Part shown: positions 49,829 through 61,422 of the stretch, in pieces
How positions within the stretch are numbered: the stretch's first letter is position 1
How the letters are laid out: each line of letters opens with the position of its first letter
Assembly (NCBI GenBank): GCA_038496445.1
Contig: JALMLS010000418.1
Span: 224,264 to 288,263, forward strand
Origin: Trichosphaerium sp. ATCC 40318
Taxonomy: Eukaryota > Protista > Tubulinea
Length of the DNA: 64,000 nucleotides
Reading direction: 5' to 3'
Made by a program: the position numbers and the translations under genes
Notes under the pieces: model-generated
The model's database searches: none
Seen by the model: the letters and a program-made list of their open reading frames with translations, nothing else
Told to the model about the DNA's origin: nothing

Positions 49829-52800
49829 ATGACTGATACAGGCATTACAAACCCAGAAAGGGATGACAAGGTGCAACAATTTCAGACAGTAACCGGGCTT
49901 GATGACGCAAGCGCACGTACGTATCTGAAGCAGTACCGATGGAATGTAGAGGTGCGTTTAACGTTTTGCGCGTTTCCGTTGTATTTTTATTAACATCCTT
50001 CAGTACGCTCTATCGCAGTATTTTGACTCGTACAACGACCCACCCTCCGAGTTACATCCTTTGGCAAGGTATTTAAACGTTTACGGTAAAAGACAACAAT
50101 AACGCGCGAAAAGGCCTGAAAACGCAGCACCACCTCTTGTTTCGAACGCAACACAAACTTTGCCCTTTGGTTTATTCAACAATACTGGCCTAGTTCCCCT
50201 ATGCGGTAACGTGTGTATAATATACGTAAACTGAAACGTTTTAGGGATGACTGTGGATGCGTCAGTGGTTAATTTTTGTGCAGACGTTACAATAGTTCAC
50301 GAGTACGTACAGCATAACCGCGTCAAGCCAACTGTTTTCATTTAAACAACGGTGTCAGTTTGTTAAATAAATCTATTTAGGTTCATAAACATGCGTAGTG
50401 CTCCCGTAGAAGCGAGGTACACTTTACAAAGTAGCTAAATCGGGTTATAACTCCCTAGTTACAGATTTGAATTTGACACAGACGAATGTACCATTTATGA
50501 TTTTATTATTACGACAAGGGATAAAACAATACGCGCCAAGTGTACAGCGACGCAAGACGCATTCGAGAGTAAACGCAAATTGCATTATTTTAAAAAAAAC
50601 TAACTCTTTATAGTCTATGATGATGCTTTGGCGAAGAGTAATGCTGCCTATATGGCCAACAATAGTATGCTTAACTTACAGCTATTTTAAACTCAAAATA
50701 TCCACTGTCACGCGTGAATTTCGTGAGCGTAATCCGGATTTTCAAAAACTGACATGTTTTTTTTTTAACCCGCTTAAGGCGAATCACCTGGTAAGGTTGT
50801 ATTTAATTTTGGGAACTTGCCACCAGGGGAAGTTTGTCACTTAACAGTAAAATATATAACAGAACTATCTCATGAAGGTGAGTCATTTTACAAAGGAGTT
50901 AGTCCTTCACAGAAGGAAACAGTAAAAAAAATTCATCATTAGATTGAATGTTAAATGTTTTTGATTAGATAATGTGCTCTCTTTCTCTATACCTGCAACT
51001 GTTGCGTCTATTCATCCACCTAAAGATAAAGGTAGCAGTAATAGCAGCAATTGATGATTAACGAAATTACTTATGTGTAGATTATGGATTGAGTATAAGA
51101 GTTGATGTTAGTATGTATACAAGTATAGAAGGATTGGAATGTAATTATAAAGAAGCTGATGTACAGTTAAAAGATACTACCGCAAGTTTTGCAGTAAATC
51201 ACGCCTCAGGAGGTACACGAGTTCTTTTTTTTTTTGCTTTGTTTTAGCTTATTGTTGTTTTTTTAAAGGCGAAGCCTTTTCATTGTCAATTGCGCTACAT
51301 GATGCTTATGGATCTCAAAGTGCTATAAGTATGTATGATCCAATGTTCGATGCACAACCACCAAGTACTGATACTGGTGTTGCTACAACTGAAGATTCAA
51401 GACCTGGTGCTGTATGTGAAGTCTATTTTACTTTCGTATATTGATTTTAATTTAGTTGATGTTGACTTTATTCCCTCAAGTGTCAACTGACGATGAACCT
51501 CTAACTGAAATGATATTTTTACTTGACAGGTACATTTCATTTTGTTTATTCTCTTTAATAATCCTCGTTAGGAGTGGTAGTATGGCTGGTAGCCGTATAA
51601 AGAGAGCTAAGAGTCTCTTACAGTTATTTCTTCGGTCGTTGCCTGTTGGAACACGCTTCAATGGTATGATGCTCTTTCAGCAGTTCTTATCATTTAGGAT
51701 TTTTTACTTATTTTTGTCAGTCTTTGGTTTCGGAAATACATACGAGAAGATGTTTTTCGAGAGTACTGAGTTTAATGATCAGACACTACAAGATGCTACC
51801 CTACAGATTCAAGGCATTCAAGGTGATATTTTTTTTTGCAAAAGTAGACAAGAGTTTAGTATGTTAATATTGTTCTTTTAGCAAACCTACAAGGGACTGA
51901 TATATTACCTCCTCTTAAAGATATTTTTAGTGTTCCTGCTGATCCTGAGTATCCACGACAAATATTTTGTCTTGTGCGAGGATAGTGGTGTTATTGTTTT
52001 ATTTATTGTACTCTTAGACTGATGGAGAAGTATCTAATACTAGTCAAGTTCTTCAGTTTGTTAGAGAAAACGCTGGGTTTGCTCGGATTTTCACATTTGG
52101 TATTGGATGTGATGCTTCTGTTCCTTTAGTCAGAGGTCTTGCACGTTGTAGTGGAGGAAAGTATGAATTAGTTAAATCAGACGCTGTCATGGAATCAGCA
52201 GTTATGAGGCAACTGAGTAGGAGTCTGCAACCTGTTTTAAAAAATGTACGCCGAGATCTCATTTTTTTTGTTGGATGTTTATTGATGGTACTAGGTATGT
52301 CTTGACTGGGGTAAAGTACCAGTATTAAAGAGACCAATACCGCTTTCTCTTGCACCAATATTTGGTAAAGAAAAGCTTGTAGTCCACGCGTTTTGTAAAG
52401 CTGAAGATATTCAAGAGACGAGCATTAATATTACTGGAACTACTGGTGCTGATGATCATAAATTTTCTATTCCTGGTAAGTAATATTGCTTGAAGTTTAA
52501 TCTCAGCTAACACTTTATTTGTTGTTAGTGTCTAAATCTTGCTCTGTTGTTTCTGGAGCTATGTTACATAGGTTGGCTGCATCATCTCTTATTACAGATT
52601 TAGAGAGTAAAGGAGAGCAATACAAACAACGTATTATTGATATTGCATTAAGGTACTACAAGAAGAAATTGACCGATTTTTTGTGACTAAGACGTTGCAT
52701 GGTCGTTGATTTTCCACTGCATGTGTTACCACAATCTGACTTCTATATCTTAGATGGAATATTCTGTCAAGGTATACTACCTTTGTTGCTATAGAGGAGC

Positions 52801-53901
52801 GACAAAGTGAATCTGCGGTAAGTACTTTTTTTTATTTTGAATTTTTTGTGCTTGAATGTACCTTTCTTACCTTTCCTTAGACTGGGGTATTAGAGACTGT
52901 TGATATAAATGATGATGCCAAGAAGTCTCGGATCTTACTTTCTGAACAGTTCCAAGCAAGGTTAATTCAAGAGCGTATGGAACTTAAACGCAAGGAGAAA
53001 ACAGTAAAGGATCGTATTGCTACAGGTATTGTTACAAGCGTTTATTGATATTCGCTGGTTGTCGTTTAGTTGATCTTCTATCTAGAGCGTGACTTACCTT
53101 ATAAACCGTTTATGTCCAACCATCAAAATAGACTAGAACCTCAAATGCTTGTAGTCAGGGAGTACGATTCTTTTTTTTTTTCTTTTTTTTTATTGAAACA
53201 AGAAGTTCGGTTTGTTTTTTGACATTATTTTTGTAGGAGTTCTAGTAGTGGTGTTACACAAGTAAAAAAATCTGCTTCGTTTACAAATATGATGCCTGAA
53301 TTACCACATACACCAGTGGCTGTATCACAGTCTGCTCATCTAGAGCAATTTGATACTTGTGAAAGTGATACAGATTCCGGCTGGAGTTCAGCTGGTACTA
53401 GTGACACGTTAAATGAAGATGTCTCTTCTAGTACTTCTATATTATCTAGAAGAGTATACAAGCTTATAGCAACACCAACAAGAGGTACATCAAGCATGAA
53501 AACCACCTGTTTACTGATTGTTTAAAGCGAGCACTCAAAGTCCATTTGACAACTTTGTTCTCCTTCAAAATGCTGATGGAAGTTTCTCTCTCTGTCTTGA
53601 GTTTGCACAGCAACTTGGGTGTGAAATTAGTACTATAAAGAGTGCAATGCCTAAGGAGTTGATGAAAGAAGAGCTTGGTATATCTATATGGGTTACTGTT
53701 CTTGGCATTGTGTTGTTGTCCTTAAAATTCTCAGAAAAAAAAGGGTTGTGGGATTTACTAAGTAGAAAGTCAGAGAAGTTTGTTACTAAGGCACTATTAA
53801 TATGCCCTAACGCTAACAAAGAGTCAATACTTGAGGAAGCAAGGACTTTTTTAAGTTCAAAATTTCCTTGTAAAAAAAGAAAGACTCAAGCAAAAGATTA
53901 A
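49829..53901 (+). CDS. VWA5A-like protein: N-terminal UBA-like (TAP-C/UBA_4) + VIT + vWA domains
   Basis: KVQQFQTVTGLDDASARTYLKQYRWNVEYALSQYF; VIT-like GNLPPG...VKYITEL; vWA EMIFLLDRSGSMAG with MIDAS DxSxS, GTDI and TDGEV; C-terminal LQNADGSF...IWVT. Confidence 0.85.
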
Positions 53902-54105
53902 CGTTGTTCACTAAAATAAACAAGTTCAAAATCTACTCATCATTAAAGACATCAAGCAAAAGACACAATATGTACATTAAATTATCATACCAGCACCAAA
54001 GAGCATTAAAATGAATTTCATTTTACTTTATGTCTGTCTTGCATTGGCTATGGCACTGTATTTTTTGTGATCTGATCAATGAGCTGAGTTAAGTATTTCT
54101 CACGG

Positions 54106-55181
54106 CTACTTGCTGTGTAGATTTGTTTTGCTTATTCTTGCCATAATTTTATAAGAGACCAATAACTCAAAGGCTTCTGTCACTACAAAATCAAATTATT
54201 AAACTAGTTCATGCATAGGTAACTTCATACCATTTGTTGAGTTTTTAGCTGATGTTTCTATGAACGACATCTCTAAACCGTCAGCTACCTCCTGAAAAAA
54301 GTTGGTATGAGTTTTAAGTAAGCAAGTTTTAAACAAATGAAAACACTATGTTGCCAATTATTAGACATTGTTTACCTTGGCAGTATCATAACCAATAACA
54401 CGGTTTGCTGTTAGATCGCATTTAGTTCCGACAAGTATAGTTTGTGCGTCTTCTCTCCCATATCTTTGAATCTCTTGCAGCCAATTCCACATACTGTAAT
54501 GAAAAGATTCACGGCGTGTTATGTCAAACAATAACAAAATGCCATGATAACCTCTATAGGGAGTGTGGGCGTTAATCATTTGGGATGGACGGCCTAAATA
54601 TACATTATGATAAAGGATAGTGTTGTAGAGAAGCATACTTTGATTCGCGCAAACATGTAGCCTAATCTTTTCACCCTTTATATTGATTTCTTTTATACTT
54701 ATCTAAATGTAGCAGTTAGCGATTGCATTAAAAATCAATTGATAGTTTTAACACGTGTTTTTTTGTCTGAGCAAACAGCAGTGGAAAGTTGTTTTGCGCT
54801 TGTCATTGCGTACTTTTTCTTCACCTTTGGAGTCATTGCGTACTTTTTCTTCACCTTCGGGGTACTGATTTGTATAGGTGTCATCAACGAACCTATGTAC
54901 AAGGCTACGTTTCCCAACACCACGATTTCCAATCAGTGCTATGTTGAAATCGCTTTGGCTAACAAGAAGTGGCAGTAAATAGAAATACACATGAAATGAG
55001 TGTCTTACTATTCTTTTAGAGGCTCTGTATGGTCGCGGGATACGTAACCTGTTATTTAATCAAAATCGACAGGTAACAACCGATCGTCAATAAACGAACA
55101 ATAGAAGAGAAGAGAAATTCAGTTTTAGCTACCTGGAGTTTTAGTTGTGGGTTTTGCTTCTTTACTGCTTTTATCGCCCAT
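54106..55181 (-). CDS. Degenerate Rab1-derived small GTPase (copy A; likely pseudo-GTPase)
   Basis: GNRGVGKRS P-loop; no recognisable switch I or DxxG; retains FDITRRESF, WLQEIQRY, LVGTKCDL, IETSAK; N-terminus MGDKSSK; no C-terminal Cys. Confidence 0.75.
54801..54857. repeat. 30-bp-period tandem duplication spanning an exon end and splice donor
   Basis: gtcattgcgtactttttcttcacctt occurs twice, 30 nt apart. Confidence 0.9.
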
Positions 55182-55273
55182 ATCTCTGCTAATTATAGGC
55201 AACGCAGTAGGTGTCTTTCAAGGGTAGGCTGAGAGAAGTGAGCAAACAAATAAAGCTTTTCGGGTTAGCGAAA

Positions 55274-55352
55274 TTTTTTTAAATGAACACGTGACGCGAT
55301 ACAAGCCCACACGAAATCCAATCAAATAAATGTGTATTTAGAGGTGGCGACA
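55274..55352 (-). promoter_or_regulatory. Conserved upstream blocks shared by both Rab-like paralogs (second copy about 57773-57854)
   Basis: tttttaaatgaacacgtgacg and agaggtggcgacaa are retained upstream of both ATGs while the flanks diverge; includes CACGTG. Confidence 0.6.
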
Positions 55353-56370
55353 AAAAGCTCCAAAACCCAAATCAAATTTGTGTTTATGACACCATGATCA
55401 TGTGCTTTTCAAATAAGCTGGGTAAACGATTAGCGAAAACCAGATACATGACAGGAAGCTCACAATAGATACGTACTCTAGCAAGGCACTTGGTATTAAC
55501 TCTCACAACATCAACTGGTGTTATAACATGAAAACCTCATAGAAAATATTGTCTGTGTCATTCAAGTTTTACTAATATTTTCTAGAAAGTAGCACTTTTA
55601 GCAGATCTAGCAAAAATTGACACTTCTGTCAAATGATGTAGATCTATCACAATGTGAACTATTTACGTTACTATGTTGTCCTTCATAGTGTGACTTACGT
55701 ACCTTAAGTAATAACAAACTTTTCGATGTCAGTTTCAATAGATGGAAGATGATCTCAGTATTTTACCTACGCAAACTGTACACGGTACGATCAAACCACA
55801 GAAGTGCTCATGAGCTAGAAATCGAATTAAAAAGGTATGATGTCCTACAAAGCTATCGCATTACTGCCAAACACGGTATGAATGCCTCAAACACTATTTG
55901 CAGTATGTTTTGCTTCAAAAAATCAACGTACATGTATAACTTACTAGCGCTACGCTAGCGCCTACCACGCTAACAGAAGTGCCATGGTAGCATCCAAATA
56001 GCAATGAAGGTTTAACAAAGTCAAAACCGCCCCAAAACACCACCTGTAGGCTTTGTAAATGCTGCTAGGTGTCAAAATATGTAAATAAAAAAGTTGCTAT
56101 GAGGTTTGTTAAATCACGTGGGTTTGAAACGGTTGGATTCACTCGACAGGGTAGCTCACATTTAAAAAATTACAATTTGCAAGATCTGCCAGAAGTGTCA
56201 AATCCGTCAGATCTGACAGATCGGGCAGGAACTGGATTTTTTTTGCTAAAAGTCAGTCTGTCTCAAAACTTGAATGAAACAGACAATAGTTCACAAAGTT
56301 GTAGGGTACCAGCTTTCAAACATCCGGTATTGAGGATGCTGTATAATACTTTATTTTTTAAGCTTGTTGT

Positions 56371-56490
56371 AAAGGAGAAGCTTTTTCATTGTCAATTGCG
56401 CCATGATGCTAATGAAAAAGTGCTATAAGTATGTATGATCCAATGTTCGATGCACAACCACCAAGTACTGATACTGGTGTTGCTACAACT
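56371..56490 (+). repeat. Copied fragment of a VWA-gene exon (source 51266-51390)
   Basis: aagtgctataagtatgtatgatccaatgttcgatgcacaaccaccaagtactgatactggtgttgctacaact is identical in both places; the 5' part has small indels. Confidence 0.9.
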
Positions 56491-56548
56491 AACCAAAAAA
56501 ACATGACTCCACAAGTGTATCTGAGTTTATTTTTATGTTGTTTATTGC

Positions 56549-57678
56549 TTACTGCTCTTTTTTTTTGTTTTTTTTTTTTTTTTTGGTACGATTGGATCCA
56601 CTTGTGCTTTGTTCCGACTCGTTATTCTGATTTTGCTCTTCTTGCTTTTTCACAATGTTTGCCATAATTTTAGATGACAATAATTCAATGGCTTCTGTCA
56701 CTACAAAATCAAATTATTAAACTAGTTCATGCGTAGATAAAGATCATACCATTTATTGAGTCCTTGGATGATGTCTCTAAGAACTCCATCTTGTGAGTAT
56801 CAGCGAACGCCTGAAACAGTTTGTGAGTGTTAAACAAAATGAAAACACAGATGATGCCAAGCATTACTGAGTTTGTTTACCTTGGCAGTATCAGTATCAA
56901 TAACACGGCGATCTGTTAGATCGCATTTAGTTCCCACAAGTATTTTTTGGAGGTCGTCTCCCGCATATCTTTCAAGCTCATTCATCCACTTGACCAAATC
57001 ATCAAAAGTCTCTTGGCGTGTTATGTCGTAAGTTATCATAACACCATGATAAACTCTATAGGGATTGCATCTGCCTAAAAAACGTCTTTCTTGGCCTTAA
57101 AAAAACGTGTGTTAAAGGGTAGTACAGTGCCATAGAGAAGCGTACCACAAATATCGTAAACATGTAGCCTAAGAATCTTTTCGTCTTCTATCTTGATATC
57201 TTTTATTTTCTAAACGTAGAAAGTTAAAGACAAACCATTGTCACGTGATTTAATTCAAACAAAAAAGTAGTTACACAAAGGGTAAAAACATGTTGGAGTT
57301 TTTGTCTTGTAAAACTGTGTACTTTTCCTTCTTCGCCAACGGAGGATATGAATGCTTCCGTAAATGTGTCATCAGCGAATCTAAGCACGAGACTACTTTT
57401 CCCAACACCAGAATCTCCAAGTGGTGCTATGTTGAATAAATAATCGCTTTGGTTAACAAGAAGTGTCAGTAAATAGATACACATGAAATGAGTGTCTTAC
57501 TATTCTTTTGGAGCCTCTTTGATAACATTGGTAGGTTTTGTAGGCGCTATGTGCGCTGTTAGTTAATCAAAATCGACAGCAACTGTGTTAAATAAAAGAG
57601 CAATAGAGAAGAAAAATCAGTTTAGCTACCTGGAGTGTTAGCTGTGGGCTTTACTTCTTTACTGCTTTTATGGCCCAT
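56549..57678 (-). CDS. Rab1-derived small GTPase (copy B) with N-myristoylation motif and polybasic, Cys-free tail
   Basis: DYLFNIAPLGDSGVGKSSLVLRFADDTFTEAFISSVG, YDICGQER, YDITRQETF, LVGTKCDL, LETSSK; MGHKSSK N-terminus; ends TKKKKKNKKKEQ*. Confidence 0.8.
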
Positions 57679-58455
57679 GGAACTGCAAATTATAGGCAGC
57701 GCTGTACACGGAAGGTAGGTATGTGGGGAGTGCACAAATAATTCATGCGTTTGAAAACCGTTTGCTTAACCTGTTTTTAAATGAACACGTGACGTAATAA
57801 CCACCCATACGATAGCCAAATCAAGTGAATGTTTCTATTAAGAGGTGGCGACAATATATGTTTTGGATAATTTGAAAAGTGGTCTTACTGTTCCACAAAT
57901 GCCTAATGAAAATAAGATACTTGGCACAATTACTTCGTTTTCGTCAGTATAAGCTGACATGACCTCCAAAAACCGAAATAAAATATGTTCGCCGCGCATC
58001 TAAAAAGAAATACGTGCGATGTTGGAAAGTCAACCATATTAACAAAACGACGTTGGTAATCGAAGACCTATTTTTTGAACACCAGCCAATTCTTTAACGC
58101 ATGTACCTGTTAATTCAAACATGAATATAACAATATTTCTTAAATGCTTGTTCCATTTTCACATGCAACCCAAATTTCAATTGGTATGAGTTGAAAGCGT
58201 GACTCAAAAACCCTTTCCAGGCGATTCTCACATCTAATTGCGATACAATGGTTTTTAATAGCTATTTATTTCACAGGATTGCAAGTCATAGTCAATAAGG
58301 TTGGTTTGTTTATTGGTAATCATGATGGCCGCCTCCTCTGCATTTTACTTGGTCAACTAAGGATGTCTTCAACCTTCTTAGCCATCCCATGAGTTTTGCA
58401 ACTTTAAGTCATCACTTAAGTAACAGTCCCAATTACAACTTACAATTCAACGCAA

Positions 58456-61114
58456 ATGGGTACTACATGGGCAAGCAGTGTTCGCACTCAAGAGTATGAC
58501 ATCGTAATAGATATTGATGATGTGTCAAAAGGTGACGTACCTTACGCTACCTTTTTGGCAGTTATTGTAGTTAAAACTGTGAAGGGCACCTTGGATGGCC
58601 AATATTTGTTTCTAAACGAATATTTGAGAAGCAACGTCAAATAATAACAGCAGAGTACACCGAAGAAGGCAAGCACAAATACAACACCTGAGCGTACTGT
58701 TTAACTGTAGATTGATTAACACTGTTAAAAGGTAGCGAACAGTTTCATGACGCTGTGGACCACATAGGCGAAGTACTAAAACAACTGGAAGACTCATTAG
58801 GATACCCTAACATGGTATGGACGCTACAGTTGGAGTTGACCCCTATTTTTATTTTAAAAAGATCAATTTTTAGTTCTTTCATAACTCGTACCCTAAACCA
58901 TTTCCATACCGCATATCCAAAATATTTCCAAGCCTCACACCAATGGCTACGGATTGATCTTTTTTGTTCTTAACACGGGCCAACTCCGTTGTCCCACGTG
59001 TGAACCGCTAGCCACAAAAAAAAAACACTCTATTTCAGAGTTTTGGGACCTTATGAGAAGTTAAATTATAATTCGAGCTGACGTGGCAAAGGTTTCTGTT
59101 TCAGGGCTCTTCAACAAAGGGAAAACGTTCCTTACGAACAAACTCGCGCAAGCAGACTTACCAGCAGACAGAAAGGTAAACACAAAAGGCCTGAGCTTTG
59201 TTATTGGTAAAGGAAAGCTAAAAGACACTCTGTTTATTGATACTGCCGGAACAAACTCGCCCTTACAAGACTGTACGGTTGTTATTTAGCTTTAAAAACG
59301 TCTCATTTATGTGTTTAACTTTCTTCTAGTTGCGTCTTCGGAGACTAAGCTTGTAAACAAGAAAGCTACTGAGATGTTTCTAAAAGACCTTGTCTTTTGT
59401 TTATCAGACGCAATAATGGTCGTAGTAAATGACCTAACTTGGATGGAACAGCAACATATTGAATTAATTTACCATCACGCAAGAATATCAGATTTAGTTG
59501 AAAAGCAGACGATGCCAATCTATGTAGTACATAACTACGTAAATGTCGAAACCGACTCTGACCTATTGGTTATGTGGAAGGTAATTTCTAATTTTGAAAA
59601 AAAAAATTTACCGTTTTCTCTTTTCTATTTGCTCTTTGCCAGCGTGTGAGGTAGACACTCTTTCCTCGCTAGTGCTCTGTATGCGGCCTTTGCTTTAGCA
59701 AAAAAAGCTCGAGGTTACGGCACGCCGTAAGCAGAAAAAAAACCAAATCACGTGATTTTGAAAAGATTGTAAAACCACAAAAACGAAACGTCAAGAAAAA
59801 TGTCAACAACCGGTAGTCGCGTTTCTTTACTGACATTTTTTTAAGAGCTTACTTCGAGCCTATGGACGGAATAATACTAGTATTTGTGAGTATCCAGTTG
59901 AAGGAAGGAAAACTCCTCTTCACTATTTGACTACACATAACAAAGGGGTTACACACGTTTTCCTCGCAAAAGAAGGATCTAAAGCAGGGGAATGGAATAA
60001 GTATGTTATAGAATTCCTTCGTAATAGATTAGAATCTGTAAAGAGAGATAAGAGAATGAAGTTGCTTGAGCAAATAACAAAGTACACGGAGGTAACCCTC
60101 AGAACATTCTGCAAAAACGTACGCAATAGACCTCTTATAGACTTGTTTAATTGATATCGATAAACTAATTAAGTACTAGGTATCAGGTGTAGAGATTATT
60201 CCAAGACCAGATGCGATGAAGGATGAATACAACAATAATCAAATAGTACAACTTTTTTTTACCAACTTGCAGCTAACCACTTTGTCAGGTGTCTCTTGCT
60301 AAAATTGCAAAGACGGCAGATGCTGAAATTGATCCTAACGATTGGAGGACCTACCCTGAGACTAGTGAAGTAGAACAAAAAGCGCTCAGAAAGGTGATTA
60401 AAATACTGCTGGATGTTGTATTTCTCGCAGCTAAACGTTCTTTAGAGTGCTAGCTTTCTACTGAAAGTCAAAAATAAACTCGAACTATCATCTTACGAAG
60501 TCAAGTTTGATGGATACAACATCACCCTAGCAGAGGGACCATGGATTCCAAAGGTAGGAGAAAAACACTTTAAACTAATCTTGTGCCAAAACTTCGTTCA
60601 GAGTACTATTAATAACATTGTTTTAGTGTACTGTTCTTCATGTCAATGGCGACACAACAACTACAGAACAAGTTCAAGGTGTTCCTAAGCAAATGGTGGT
60701 AGTTTTGGATCTACCAGGTGTTTCGCATGTAACAAATCTAAATGATGTACAACGCGGAGGAACTATCGAAGCAAAGATAGAAGTACAAAGCTCCTTACTT
60801 ACATACATCCTCACTTTCTTTGAATAGCTTAGAAACCATGGTCCTCAGCTTAAAATCACCGGTAACCGCCTTCTAAACTTTCGAGGCCACGCATCGGAAG
60901 GTAAACTGTTCCCGCCACGTGACTACAAATATACAACAAAGGAAGAACGTGGCCAGTCCGAGTTCGAAAGAATCTTTGATATTAACGGAGCTGAATATAC
61001 TACAAACAAGACCCCTTATGTATATCAGAGTAACGGACTTGCGTATGTATGCATAATGGGAAGGGAGCCAACAGAGTCATCAAAAACAACACAACTAGTA
61101 GATGATGCGTTCTG
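58456..61114 (+). CDS. TRAFAC-class GTPase with C-terminal HSP20/alpha-crystallin-like domain; possibly disrupted near the 5' end
   Basis: G1 GLFNKGKT, G2 NTKG, G3 DTAG, VVHN; C-terminal VVVLDLPGVS...LKITGNR...ERGQSEFERIFDI...SNGLAYV. Apparent frameshift at about 58640 and in-frame TAA at 59062. Confidence 0.65.
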
Positions 61115-61422
61115 AAAAACCTCAGCTACTTCGTTGCAAAGAGACCTACCCATTTCTACTTCCCTCTGTTGTTAAGATCACGTAAAAGTAATAAACCATG
61201 CTTTGCAAAGCGTAACTGTTAAGTGAATCGTAGTCAAAGGTTTTGATCCAATTCTATTCAAATTGTTCATTTTTCCTTTAGAAAACTCGCTTTTTTTCTC
61301 TAACCAAGTTGGAAGATTGCATATATTAGGTACACTGTACATTGGTACTTTCAAGGTAAAATAGACAATGTGAAACAAGGTCAACGTGACTCTTGTTTCA
61401 AAATTGATTTACACAGACACCA

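Noticed and set aside
58640-59064. Stop-codon reassignment (TAA read as sense)
   Set aside because: Conserved genes in the window terminate at TAA and TAG at the expected positions (PDCD5, GSS, RPL18, eIF3j).
59715-59730. Intronic hairpin ttacggc-ac-gccgtaa (also gtcagatctgac at about 56207)
   Set aside because: Isolated 6-7 bp stems with no snoRNA boxes; could occur by chance in 64 kb.
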